Shown here: positions 46,873-55,989 of the stretch, piece by piece
How positions within the stretch are numbered: the stretch's first letter is position 1
How the letters are laid out: each line of letters begins with the position of its first letter
Assembly (NCBI GenBank): GCA_902528165.1
Contig: CABZRL010000006.1
Span: forward strand, 26,346-90,345
Length of the DNA stretch: 64,000 nt
Direction: 5' to 3'
DNA from: an uncultured Litorivicinus sp.
GTDB lineage: Bacteria > Pseudomonadota > Gammaproteobacteria > Pseudomonadales > Litorivicinaceae
Notes under the pieces: generated by a model
Told to the model about the DNA's origin: nothing
Databases searched by the model: none
Seen by the model: only the letters and a program-made list of their open reading frames with translations
Translations under genes and position numbers: made by a program

Positions 46873-47610
46873 GTGTGGGTCGATATCAACGTTCATCTCG
46901 AGTTGATGTCGGCCTCAACTGAGTCTGTCAACCAAGCCGCCAATGCGTCATCGGTGAATTTCATCGCGACAGGGACCCATCCTGATCAATGGCGTTGGCT
47001 TGTCAGTCGAACGCGTCATTTAGCCTTTGGACTGCATCCTCAATATGCGGCAGTTTCGTCTGACTGGTTCAGTCTTCTTGAACAGTATTTGGGTAGCCAT
47101 CCTGGTTCGGTAATGGGTGAGGTTGGACTCGATTTTCGGCCACACATGCCAGCGCGAGAGATTCAGCAGCGAGTATTTGAGAACCAACTCGCACTGGCCA
47201 AGGAACTGGATCGGCCGGTGATTATTCACGCGGTGAAATCGCACACTGAGGTGATTTCAACGCTCAAACGGGTCGGCCTCAATCGGTTCGTTATTCATGC
47301 ATTTTTGGGATCTGAGGACATTGCGGTCGCCTATTTGACTCTCGGTGGATACCTCAGTGCAGGAGGTCTCATGATACGAACACCACGGCCCCGCGCGTTA
47401 AACGTTTTTCGCAACATGCCAACACACCGATTACTTCTGGAAACAGATGCTCCAGATTTGCCCATGACTGGGATGGTTGAAAGCTCTCCCGAGCACTTGC
47501 CAATGATCGGACGATCACTGGCAGTAGACTTGGGGATTAGCGTGCCGGCTCTTGAGCAACTGAGTTACTCAAATGCGTGCGTGTTGTTCGATCACGATTT
47601 CTCTCAATGA
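46873..47610 (+). CDS. TatD-family nuclease (degenerate first motif)
   Basis: GLHP, GEVGLD, PVIIH, IHAF, LLETDAP; follows prfC as yjjV-type genes do. Confidence 0.85.
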   Translation: MWVDINVHLELMSASTESVNQAANASSVNFIATGTHPDQWRWLVSRTRHLAFGLHPQYAAVSSDWFSLLEQYLGSHPGSVMGEVGLDFRPHMPAREIQQRVFENQLALAKELDRPVIIHAVKSHTEVISTLKRVGLNRFVIHAFLGSEDIAVAYLTLGGYLSAGGLMIRTPRPRALNVFRNMPTHRLLLETDAPDLPMTGMVESSPEHLPMIGRSLAVDLGISVPALEQLSYSNACVLFDHDFSQ

Positions 47611-50600
47611 GACTCAAGACTGAGGGTACGATCATCAACACGAGCACAGTGCCGTACGCCAGCCCAAAGACGATGGTTGTTGCCATTGGAATTAAGAATT
47701 GAGCCTGAGGTGAGGTTTCAAAAAGGATTGGTGTTAGTCCGGCGATGGTTGTCAGTGATGTCACCAAAACAGCTCGGAAACGGAGACAACTCGCTTTAAC
47801 AATGGCCTCCATGTGATCCTCACCTGCATCGATCAAGCGTCGGTAGGTGTCCACCAATACGATGGAATCATTAATTACGATGCCAGATAAACCAAAAAAG
47901 CCGAATAACGAAAGAACAGTCAGGTCAAGGCCCATGAGCCAGTGACCGCTAATCGCTCCGGTTAATCCTAAGGGGATGGCAATCAATACTGCAAAGGGCC
48001 ACGAATAACTGGAGAAAACCCAAGCGAGGATAATGTAGATCATGGTCAGTGCGACCAATACACCGACTTTCATATCGGCGAAGGTTTCTTCACGATCTTG
48101 AGCGCGACCCTGAATATTGGATTTCAGTCCGAACTTAGCTGTGATTTCCGGTAAAGCCGTGGTGCGAACATCGGAGAGAATTTCGGACGCATTGGCGATG
48201 AGATTATTCACATCAGCACTCACCACAATGCTCATTTGGCCATCGGTCCGCCGCAATTCATCGAGTCCTCGTCTGGATTCAAATGTCGCAACGACAGGGA
48301 GTGAGACAATGGCGCCTGAGTTGGTCACGATCGGCAATTGGTCTAGAGTTGCCAAGCGATCACGTTCTGACTCCGACAATGACAAAAGCACATCCACTTC
48401 AATGCCGTCTTCATAAAACGTTTGCAGTGTTCGGCCTTCAAACGCGCCGCGAAGTTGTCGCGCCAACTGCTGTGATGTGAGATTGAGCTGTCGACCTTGC
48501 GGTGTTAATCGCACGACGAGCTGCTCGGCACCAAAGGGAAGATCATCATCAATATTGGACACGCCGGGGTAGCGCCTCAAACGATCCTGAATTTCAAGAG
48601 AAGCGGCTTTTAAGGTGTCAGCATTGCCACCGGTGAGCTTGATCTCAATCGGTTTCGATGGTGGTCCGCCTTGTGCTTGACGGATGGAGAATTTTTCAAT
48701 GCCGCCCGGCAACTGAATTTTTTGCCGCCATGCGTCGATCACGACGTCATTTGGAGGCCCGTCGAGCTCGCTAGTCAGCATGACCTTCAATGTCCCATAA
48801 TGATCGCCGGTTCCTCCGCGTACGCCTGGCGCCGAGAGCTGTCTGTGTTGCATCAATGTATGACGGATGACGGTGCCACCAAACTCGTCGTTGACCGCAT
48901 TTGCAGTCTCTTCGAGGTGATCCAGAAATCGATCGACGTCATCGGAGGTCGTGCCCGTGGTGAACTGGGCACCGGCCCATAGGGTGGTGCCATCAATCGA
49001 TGGGAAAAACGTGAATTTGACACGACCACCGGAAATCAGGCCCACCGATAAGATAAAGAGCGTCAGAGCGGTGACGAGGGTGAGTGCGGGCGCTTTAAGA
49101 ATCACGCCAACGAATGGTTTGAACACGTGATCTCGGAAATTGAGAAAACCGCGATCCAAGGCTTGTCGAATTTTGCCTTCGTCATGCCGATGGCCACGGT
49201 TCAAGCTTTGTTGTAGATGTCCGGGAAGAATGAGAAAACACTCGATCAGAGAGGCGACGATCACACAAATCACAATAATCGGAATATCTTTGAGAATTGA
49301 CCCAATCACGCCGCCGACAATCAATAGCGGTGAAAAGGCAGCGATGGTCGTCAGGCTTGACGACACCACGGGTGCAAGCATGCGTTCTGACCCTTGCAAG
49401 GCCGAATTGAGTGGCGTTTGTCCTGATTGATAAAGGGTTAAGGTGTCCTCTGCGACCACGATGGCGTCATCAACAATCACACCAAGCGCCATGATCATTC
49501 CAAATAGGCTGATCATGTTGATGGTTCCGCCAATCATCCAAAGAATTGCCAGAGTTGCTAGGAACGAGACCGGGATGCCGAGAGTCACCCAAAACGCGAC
49601 GCGCTGATTTAAAAACAGGTACAGAATGATGACGACAAAGAGTAAACCGGTGAGTCCGTTTTCTAGTAGCAGATTGATGCGGTCATCGAGGTATTGCCAG
49701 CGTTCATCCAGAACAATCAACTCAGTGCCTTCGGGGAGCTGGGCGCGTGCTTCAGTGAGCCATTGGCGAGTGATTTCCGCCATTTCCAAGGTGGAGTCAT
49801 TCTCAGTGCGTTGTGGAATGATTTCGACAGCGGATTGGCCTTGATACGTCAGATAGGGTGCTTTTGGATCTACTCGATCCCGAACAGTGGCGATGCTGCC
49901 AAGGCGCATTCCCACAGGGGAGCCTTCGAGCGCAATAATGGTGTTGGCGATGTCGGTTTGACTTCGGCCTTGTTCCAAGCTTCGCAGTTGGCGTTCTCCA
50001 TCATCGCGACCTGCGGTCCCTGCGGGTAGATCACGCGCTTGGGTGAGAATTCGATCCGCCAGCATATCCAGGGTTAAGCCGAGTGAGGCGAGCGTTTCTG
50101 CACTTGTTTCGATTTGCATTTCACGCGTCGGCAGGCCTCGAAAGTCAACTTTTCGAATCCCCCGTGCCAGCAATTCTTGTTCCGCCTTCAGTGCCAACTT
50201 TTGTAATTCAAACGGTGTCAGCGGACCTGTGATCAGTAGATTTGAGATATTCTCGTAGCGTGTCAGAGACGACACCATGGGGTCTTCAGCTCCTTCGGGG
50301 AGCGTTAGGTTTTGGTCGATTCGCTGGCTAATATCATCAAGTGCTTGTGATAGATTCGCCCCGTCAACTAACTCAATTCGAAAGCTTGCCGACGCAAATT
50401 GGCTAGTCGCATCAATGGAGTCAATGACGGCGAGTTCTTCAATTGCGTTTTCAATGGGGACAGTGAGGCCTTCCTGAATGTCTTCTGCAGTCGCACCTGG
50501 CCAGGCGATGGAAACGGTGATGATGTCGAGTTCAAAACTGGGGAAAAACTGTGTCCGCAATCGATCAACACCGATGAAGCCGGCGATGATCATAACGACC

Positions 50601-50656
50601 ATCAAGAGATTGGCGGCGACCCGATGTTTGGCAAACATGTGCACAAAGCTAATCAC
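47537..50656 (-). CDS. RND efflux transporter permease (AcrB/AcrD/AcrF family)
   Basis: 1039 aa, GVIVDDAIVV, RFRAVLVTSLTT, two TM clusters. Confidence 0.95.
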   Translation of the reverse strand: MISFVHMFAKHRVAANLLMVVMIIAGFIGVDRLRTQFFPSFELDIITVSIAWPGATAEDIQEGLTVPIENAIEELAVIDSIDATSQFASASFRIELVDGANLSQALDDISQRIDQNLTLPEGAEDPMVSSLTRYENISNLLITGPLTPFELQKLALKAEQELLARGIRKVDFRGLPTREMQIETSAETLASLGLTLDMLADRILTQARDLPAGTAGRDDGERQLRSLEQGRSQTDIANTIIALEGSPVGMRLGSIATVRDRVDPKAPYLTYQGQSAVEIIPQRTENDSTLEMAEITRQWLTEARAQLPEGTELIVLDERWQYLDDRINLLLENGLTGLLFVVIILYLFLNQRVAFWVTLGIPVSFLATLAILWMIGGTINMISLFGMIMALGVIVDDAIVVAEDTLTLYQSGQTPLNSALQGSERMLAPVVSSSLTTIAAFSPLLIVGGVIGSILKDIPIIVICVIVASLIECFLILPGHLQQSLNRGHRHDEGKIRQALDRGFLNFRDHVFKPFVGVILKAPALTLVTALTLFILSVGLISGGRVKFTFFPSIDGTTLWAGAQFTTGTTSDDVDRFLDHLEETANAVNDEFGGTVIRHTLMQHRQLSAPGVRGGTGDHYGTLKVMLTSELDGPPNDVVIDAWRQKIQLPGGIEKFSIRQAQGGPPSKPIEIKLTGGNADTLKAASLEIQDRLRRYPGVSNIDDDLPFGAEQLVVRLTPQGRQLNLTSQQLARQLRGAFEGRTLQTFYEDGIEVDVLLSLSESERDRLATLDQLPIVTNSGAIVSLPVVATFESRRGLDELRRTDGQMSIVVSADVNNLIANASEILSDVRTTALPEITAKFGLKSNIQGRAQDREETFADMKVGVLVALTMIYIILAWVFSSYSWPFAVLIAIPLGLTGAISGHWLMGLDLTVLSLFGFFGLSGIVINDSIVLVDTYRRLIDAGEDHMEAIVKASCLRFRAVLVTSLTTIAGLTPILFETSPQAQFLIPMATTIVFGLAYGTVLVLMIVPSVLSLIERNRDRTTRTHLSNSVAQEPAR

Positions 50657-51900
50657 TGAATGACCTCAACTTTCAGACCAGTGACGGCAGCCGGTAGGCG
50701 CGAGACGAGGATTGGATCACCATTGTGGATCTCAGGGGATCGCACCAGGATTTCGGTCTTATATTCCCCGGGGCGCTGACCTAAACGTTCCACTGTCAAG
50801 GCTTCCAGTGTGTTGTCGGATGTGATGCGATAAATGAGATTGCCACCGTAAAGGGCATCTGTCGGTAGAACAACGACCGACGCCTCTGGCACCAGTTCAA
50901 CTGAAACCGACAACACACTCCCTGTGGGGGGGAGTTGAGTATCTGCAGTAAAAAACGCATCAATCGATCCGGTATTGTCACGAACGGCACCACTGACTCG
51001 AGTTAGTTGCAACTGATGTCCGCGGTCGGTTGAGGCGGTTACTGGAGTTTGTGTGCGGATTGCGTTGGATAGTGCGAGGCCAACCGACGCTGGAACCTGA
51101 ACTCGAATCTCGCGCCCGGAGTCGGGTGCAAAGATCAGTAAGTGTTGATTGGATTGGACCCGGTCACCGGCGACAACGTTGACCTCGATAACTTGTCCAT
51201 CCGCTGGTGCTTTGACCTGAGTGGATTCGAAGTCTCGAGTGGCAGCACGCACTTCAGCGTCAAACCGTTGAATGGCAGTCGTCAATTGGGTCCGCTTCGA
51301 TTCCACAGTGGCTAAGGCCAGTTCTCGGCGATTGATTTGTAGTTTCTGGCTGACAACCGCTTGTCGAGCAGTGTCGAGGTCTTGTTCGCTTGTGAAGTTG
51401 CGTTGTTTTAAATCCTGAATCCGGGCCAACTTGTGCGTCAAAATATTTAGTGCTTCCTGATCCAGAATGAGCGCTTCTCGATCTTTGGATTCGGTCACAT
51501 TTAAGGCGATGAGGTTGGCTTTGGCATCTGCCAAGTTGGCTTTGGCTTGCGAGAGTTTGATTTCCGCATCGGTTGCATCAAGCTCGATTAACACGCGACT
51601 GGCTTCAGTACGAGCACCTTCCCGGACATAGAGCGCAGTAACATCAGTCGCGATCCGCGCTTTGAGAGTCTGTGTATCTGGATTTTGCACTGAGCCGAAT
51701 CCATTGAACACTGGGGACACGGTCTGCAGTTCGATGGTTTGCGTCGAAACGCGCCAGACGGCCGCGGAAACGTCCCGAACATCTGCGATCGGTTTGGATT
51801 GGGTTAATGAGAAAAAGCCGCCAATACCTGCGCCAAAAATCGCAAAACCAACCGCAATTGATGGGAAAGGAATACGTCTCATGGGAGGCCTTTTGTTCAT
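50653..51900 (-). CDS. RND periplasmic adaptor (membrane fusion protein)
   Basis: N-terminal TM, coiled coil, VKAPADG lipoyl half-motif; coupled to the RND gene. Confidence 0.9.
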   Translation of the reverse strand: MNKRPPMRRIPFPSIAVGFAIFGAGIGGFFSLTQSKPIADVRDVSAAVWRVSTQTIELQTVSPVFNGFGSVQNPDTQTLKARIATDVTALYVREGARTEASRVLIELDATDAEIKLSQAKANLADAKANLIALNVTESKDREALILDQEALNILTHKLARIQDLKQRNFTSEQDLDTARQAVVSQKLQINRRELALATVESKRTQLTTAIQRFDAEVRAATRDFESTQVKAPADGQVIEVNVVAGDRVQSNQHLLIFAPDSGREIRVQVPASVGLALSNAIRTQTPVTASTDRGHQLQLTRVSGAVRDNTGSIDAFFTADTQLPPTGSVLSVSVELVPEASVVVLPTDALYGGNLIYRITSDNTLEALTVERLGQRPGEYKTEILVRSPEIHNGDPILVSRLPAAVTGLKVEVIQ

Positions 51901-51945
51901 GTCGTGTGAGATTACACGCGGCCCCCCAAAGAGACCAGAGGATTA

Positions 51946-52146
51946 CTAACCGATCGCGTACTGTTGCGTATCAGAATCCCGATTTTCGTTCTGGATCTTG
52001 ACGTAGATCTCTTCTCGATGGATATCAACGGACTTAGGTGCATTGATTCCTAGTCGAACATGGTTACCAAACAAACCAAGAATTGTGACTGACACATCAT
52101 CTCCAATCATCACTTTCTCGCCGATTTTTCGGGTTAATACCAACAT
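51946..52146 (-). CDS. csrA: Carbon storage regulator CsrA/RsmA
   Basis: [25 protein letters not shown]; ATG 52146 after GAGAGG. Confidence 0.95.
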   Translation of the reverse strand: MLVLTRKIGEKVMIGDDVSVTILGLFGNHVRLGINAPKSVDIHREEIYVKIQNENRDSDTQQYAIG

Positions 52147-52375
52147 GGGTTTACCTCTCATTTCTATCCGTAGTACGCGTTTGTCCAAGAATTGTCCTAA
52201 ACATTGCTATGATTTTTTCTGATCGTCAACTATTTTCGTCCGAAAATCGTGAAAAATGGGAAATGTTTTGGGAAGAATCTTTTGGGATTGATGATTTATT
52301 TCGATTTTGTCCGGGTTTTGTTTAAAAATTAAGACGGCCTGTGAGCTTGTCATCGTCATCAGAGGGGAAATAACG

Positions 52376-52699
52376 ATGTATAAGTTAATTGTATTCGTGC
52401 CGGAGGCGGCAAAAGAATCATTGAAGTCAGCGCTCTTTCAAGCTGGCGCTGGGTCTCTTGGTGCCTATAGCCACTGTGCATGGGAATGCTTAGGAGCTGG
52501 TCAGTTCCTTCCAGGTGATGCTGCAAATCCTCAGATTGGAACCAAAGGGTCCATTGTGTCCGTCCCTGAATGGCGGGTAGAAATGTTGGTTCCAGACGAC
52601 GTTCTTGAGTCGGTAAAACACGCCCTCTATCAGGCGCACCCGTATGAGGAGCCAGCCTTTGATCTGTTTCGTGTGGAAGATGTGATGTCTCGAACCTAG
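52376..52699 (+). CDS. Standalone NIF3-insertion-domain (PII-like) protein
   Basis: YKLIVFVP, AGAG-x-LG-x-YSHC, G-x-GQF-x-P, AHPYEEPAFD. Confidence 0.85.
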   Translation: MYKLIVFVPEAAKESLKSALFQAGAGSLGAYSHCAWECLGAGQFLPGDAANPQIGTKGSIVSVPEWRVEMLVPDDVLESVKHALYQAHPYEEPAFDLFRVEDVMSRT

Positions 52700-53247
52700 A
52701 TTCGCGCTGATACAGGTGTTTCGTCACGATCGATGCAATGCAGACGAAACTGGCCTGTTTTGAGATCCTCGCTCAATTTAAGCAAAGTGTCACGGACGGT
52801 GTGGAAGGCCAGTTGATCCCAGGGGATCTCGTCAATACTGAAGAGTTGGGTCTCGAGACTCTCTGGTCCTGTACCGTATTGACCATCAGTCAGAAAGGCG
52901 AGGTATAGCATGTAAACTTGACTGATCGTTGGTATCGAAGTGACGACATACAGTTGGTCGAGCTTCGGAGTCGCCCGCGCTTCCTCCCAGGTTTCGCGAA
53001 GTGCGGCTTGGACCACTGTCTCACCATTTTCCATAAAGCCTGCAGGGAGTGTCCAGAGCCCATAGCGCGGTTCAATGGCGCGCTTACAAAGCAACACTTT
53101 GTGATCTTGTAACACCACGCAACCTGCGATGATTTTTGGGTTTTGATAATGAATTGTGCCGCAGTCTTCACACAGGTCCCGAGGTCGGTTATCGCCCTCG
53201 GGAACGCGGCGACTGGTTTCTCCGCCGCAATTTGAGCAAAAGTTCAT
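52696..53247 (-). CDS. Nudix hydrolase with N-terminal Zn ribbon
   Basis: FCSNCG...CEDCG, LPAGFMENGETVVQAALRETWEE. Confidence 0.92.
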   Translation of the reverse strand: MNFCSNCGGETSRRVPEGDNRPRDLCEDCGTIHYQNPKIIAGCVVLQDHKVLLCKRAIEPRYGLWTLPAGFMENGETVVQAALRETWEEARATPKLDQLYVVTSIPTISQVYMLYLAFLTDGQYGTGPESLETQLFSIDEIPWDQLAFHTVRDTLLKLSEDLKTGQFRLHCIDRDETPVSARI

Positions 53248-53281
53248 AGGGCTCTCCTCGATTTGTTCTTATACTAACCAA

Positions 53282-53869
53282 ATGCATGTGACGAAACAGG
53301 ATGTTCAGAAAAAACTTCATTCGACCGAGCCGAGCCATTTGCCACATTGTCGAGGGCGGGCTGCGGTCGCTTTTGTGATTTCAGGGCGTTCAAATCCAAT
53401 GTTAACGCTTTGTATTAAGGCATCGCATTTACGGAAACATGCGGGCGAAGTATCGCTTCCTGGTGGCAAATTGGAAGATGATGATAGCTCTGCAGTGGCT
53501 GCGGCACTCCGAGAATTGCGCGAAGAAACAGGCTTACAGCTAGAGCAACATGATGCACTTGGGTATTTAAACCCAATCGAGAGTTTGTATGAGTTGTCAG
53601 TCATCCCCTGTGTATTTTGGTCAGACACCGTCCTTCAAGGATCACCAAGAGAACTGGAAATTGCTGACGTCTTCACGATTCCATTGACTGAATTTATCGA
53701 ACAAACGCCGCGTTTTGAGTTAAGCAGACGCCGCTTGCCCGAGCGCTGGATGCCAAGATGGCGCTACAACAATGTCGATATCTGGGGCTTGACCGCGCTC
53801 ATCGTGAACGATTTTTTCGAGACCGTGTTCAACGCTCGATTTCAGGAAGCTCCACCTTCCAAGCTCTGA
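53282..53869 (+). CDS. CoA pyrophosphatase (NudL-like Nudix)
   Basis: LRKHAGEVSLPGG, AALRELREETG, IWGLTA; start about 53282. Confidence 0.85.
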   Translation: MHVTKQDVQKKLHSTEPSHLPHCRGRAAVAFVISGRSNPMLTLCIKASHLRKHAGEVSLPGGKLEDDDSSAVAAALRELREETGLQLEQHDALGYLNPIESLYELSVIPCVFWSDTVLQGSPRELEIADVFTIPLTEFIEQTPRFELSRRRLPERWMPRWRYNNVDIWGLTALIVNDFFETVFNARFQEAPPSKL

Positions 53870-55124
53870 CCGAACGGACGCGATTGTCCTGAATGGCTAA
53901 GACTTCCAATCGATAGTCTCCCCACTGAATCCCGAGCGTGTTTTCAGGAATAAACTCAAGTAACTCGACAATGAGCCCACTCACAGTCCGCGGCCCATCC
54001 GTTGGAAGCTCCCACTCGAGAATGCGATTCAGATCTCGAATGGTCGCAGAGCCATCGATAATAAAGGTTCCATCTTCTTGGGGATGAACATCTGGAGAGG
54101 TTTCTTGAATATGATCCGTGGTAAATTCCCCGACGATTTCTTCTAAAATATCATCGATGGTGACCAGCCCCTCAATTTCCCCGTACTCATCAACAACGAC
54201 AGCTAGCCGTTCTCGCTCTTTCTGAAAATTGTAGAGTTGGGTATGCAATGCAGCGCTGTGTGGGACGTAATAGGGCTCTTCACAGAGCTCTGTCAGTCGG
54301 TCCTTAAATTCGGTTTCATCTGTCAGCAGTTCGGGATTGTCGAGAAGCTTGAGAGCTGTTCTGGCATGCAAGACACCGACTAACTCCTCGACGTCTTGTT
54401 GGAACACGGGGAGTCTTGTGTGCTGGGTTGAGCGAAGTTGACTGACCAGCTCTTCGACTTCATCGGTCAGATCAAGACCCACAATCTCACCTCTTGGGAC
54501 CATGATTTCGTCAACCTGGACTTTCTCAAGATCAAGAATTGATAACAGCATGCCGTGTCGCCGCGCAGGAATACGATGCCCGCTTTGCATCATGAGAGTG
54601 CGAAGCTCTTCCTTGGTCAATCGATCACGATTCGAGCTCTCTGGATTAATGCCTAAAATGCGGAGTAATCCGTTAGATAGTAGATTGGTCATCCAGACTA
54701 GGGGGTGGGCCAATCGCAGCAAAGGAACGAGAACTAAACTCGCAGGCTTTGCAATCCGTTCTGGATGCAGAGCCGCAAAGGTCTTTGGAGTGACCTCGGC
54801 AAAAATAAGAATGACAAGGGTCAGGACGCCTGTGGCAATGGCAACGCCTGCATCCCCAAACACACGGACAGCAAGAACGGTGGCGATGGCCGAGGCCAGG
54901 ATATTGACAAAGTTATTGCCGATCAGGATCAGTCCAATAAGTCGATCAGGGCGATCTAAAAGCGAGAGAATTCGGGCCGCCGCCTTTGAGCCTTCTTCGG
55001 CTTGGTGTTGAAGTCGAACACGATTGATCGCCATGAGACCAGTTTCAGAGCTTGAGAAGAAACCGGATAATACGATTAACAGCAGTAGAATTCCGGTTAG
55101 TGCTTCGTTGGAGATATCACTCAA
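53829..55124 (-). CDS. CNNM/CorB (YfjD-like) Mg2+/Co2+ transporter
   Basis: FFSSSETG, ILIGNNFVN, AEVTPKT, CBS pair, VVDEYG, CorC domain. Confidence 0.93.
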   Translation of the reverse strand: MSDISNEALTGILLLLIVLSGFFSSSETGLMAINRVRLQHQAEEGSKAAARILSLLDRPDRLIGLILIGNNFVNILASAIATVLAVRVFGDAGVAIATGVLTLVILIFAEVTPKTFAALHPERIAKPASLVLVPLLRLAHPLVWMTNLLSNGLLRILGINPESSNRDRLTKEELRTLMMQSGHRIPARRHGMLLSILDLEKVQVDEIMVPRGEIVGLDLTDEVEELVSQLRSTQHTRLPVFQQDVEELVGVLHARTALKLLDNPELLTDETEFKDRLTELCEEPYYVPHSAALHTQLYNFQKERERLAVVVDEYGEIEGLVTIDDILEEIVGEFTTDHIQETSPDVHPQEDGTFIIDGSATIRDLNRILEWELPTDGPRTVSGLIVELLEFIPENTLGIQWGDYRLEVLAIQDNRVRSVRAWKVELPEIER

Positions 55125-55136
55125 AGGGTGTGTCCA

Positions 55137-55928
55137 TCACAACAGGAATTCCAAAATGGCTTTACTACCGAGATAACCAACACAGAGCAATGCAGCCGCA
55201 CCGATGGCAGTCTTCCGCATGGTGCTTGTCACACCGCCTTCGTTGACATGCTGCCAAAGAGCGAGTGCCATTCCACACCAGGCAAGGACGGACAGCGCAG
55301 TTTTGTGTGCCAGTTGCTGCGCCCAGAAGTCTTCAACGTACATCACTCCGGTCACGAGGGCGATGGTGAGTAAGACCCAGGCCGTCTGAACGGTCCGTAA
55401 AAATAAATATTCCATTGCATCAAGCGGCGGAAGCGCGGCGATCAAGGGTGTCAAAGGACGCTCTTTCAGCTTGGCGTGTTGCCACGACAATAAAATCGCC
55501 AAGGTTCCTGCGTAGGCGACTGCGCCATAGGCGACGATGGACGTTGCGACGTGTACAGCGGTTTCAAAAATGAGGGGATTCATCTGGCTCGACACGGGCC
55601 CTGCAACCGAAGTGACTAAGGTAAATAGTCCAGTCAGAGGCGCGACACCAATTAATAAGGCATTCACAGGATGTTTGATGCTAGACCCTAGAACAATTAT
55701 TAAAAGCAGGGCGCCCAGCAGGGTACCCATGAGGCCGGTCGTGGGGCGTCCACCGTTATCGCTCAAGCCTTGGATGACCAGGAACACGGCAAGAATGCAG
55801 CCAAGAACCCCTAAAAGCTGCGAGGTCGCATCGCGAATCTCACCCTGCTTGAAGGCATTGAGTTGGCGGATTCCCGATGCAAACAGTACTGAGGTTGCGA
55901 GTAATCCCGAAACTAATAAAGACATCAT
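55137..55928 (-). CDS. YpjD / cytochrome c assembly family inner membrane protein
   Basis: LPPLDAME, AHKT, YLGSK, multiple TMs; divergent from ffh. Confidence 0.88.
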   Translation of the reverse strand: MMSLLVSGLLATSVLFASGIRQLNAFKQGEIRDATSQLLGVLGCILAVFLVIQGLSDNGGRPTTGLMGTLLGALLLIIVLGSSIKHPVNALLIGVAPLTGLFTLVTSVAGPVSSQMNPLIFETAVHVATSIVAYGAVAYAGTLAILLSWQHAKLKERPLTPLIAALPPLDAMEYLFLRTVQTAWVLLTIALVTGVMYVEDFWAQQLAHKTALSVLAWCGMALALWQHVNEGGVTSTMRKTAIGAAALLCVGYLGSKAILEFLL

Positions 55929-55989
55929 CCTACTCTGCGTCGATTTTTCGTTATCATAGTGTGTTCGAACTCCTTGCTAAAGAGATCAC

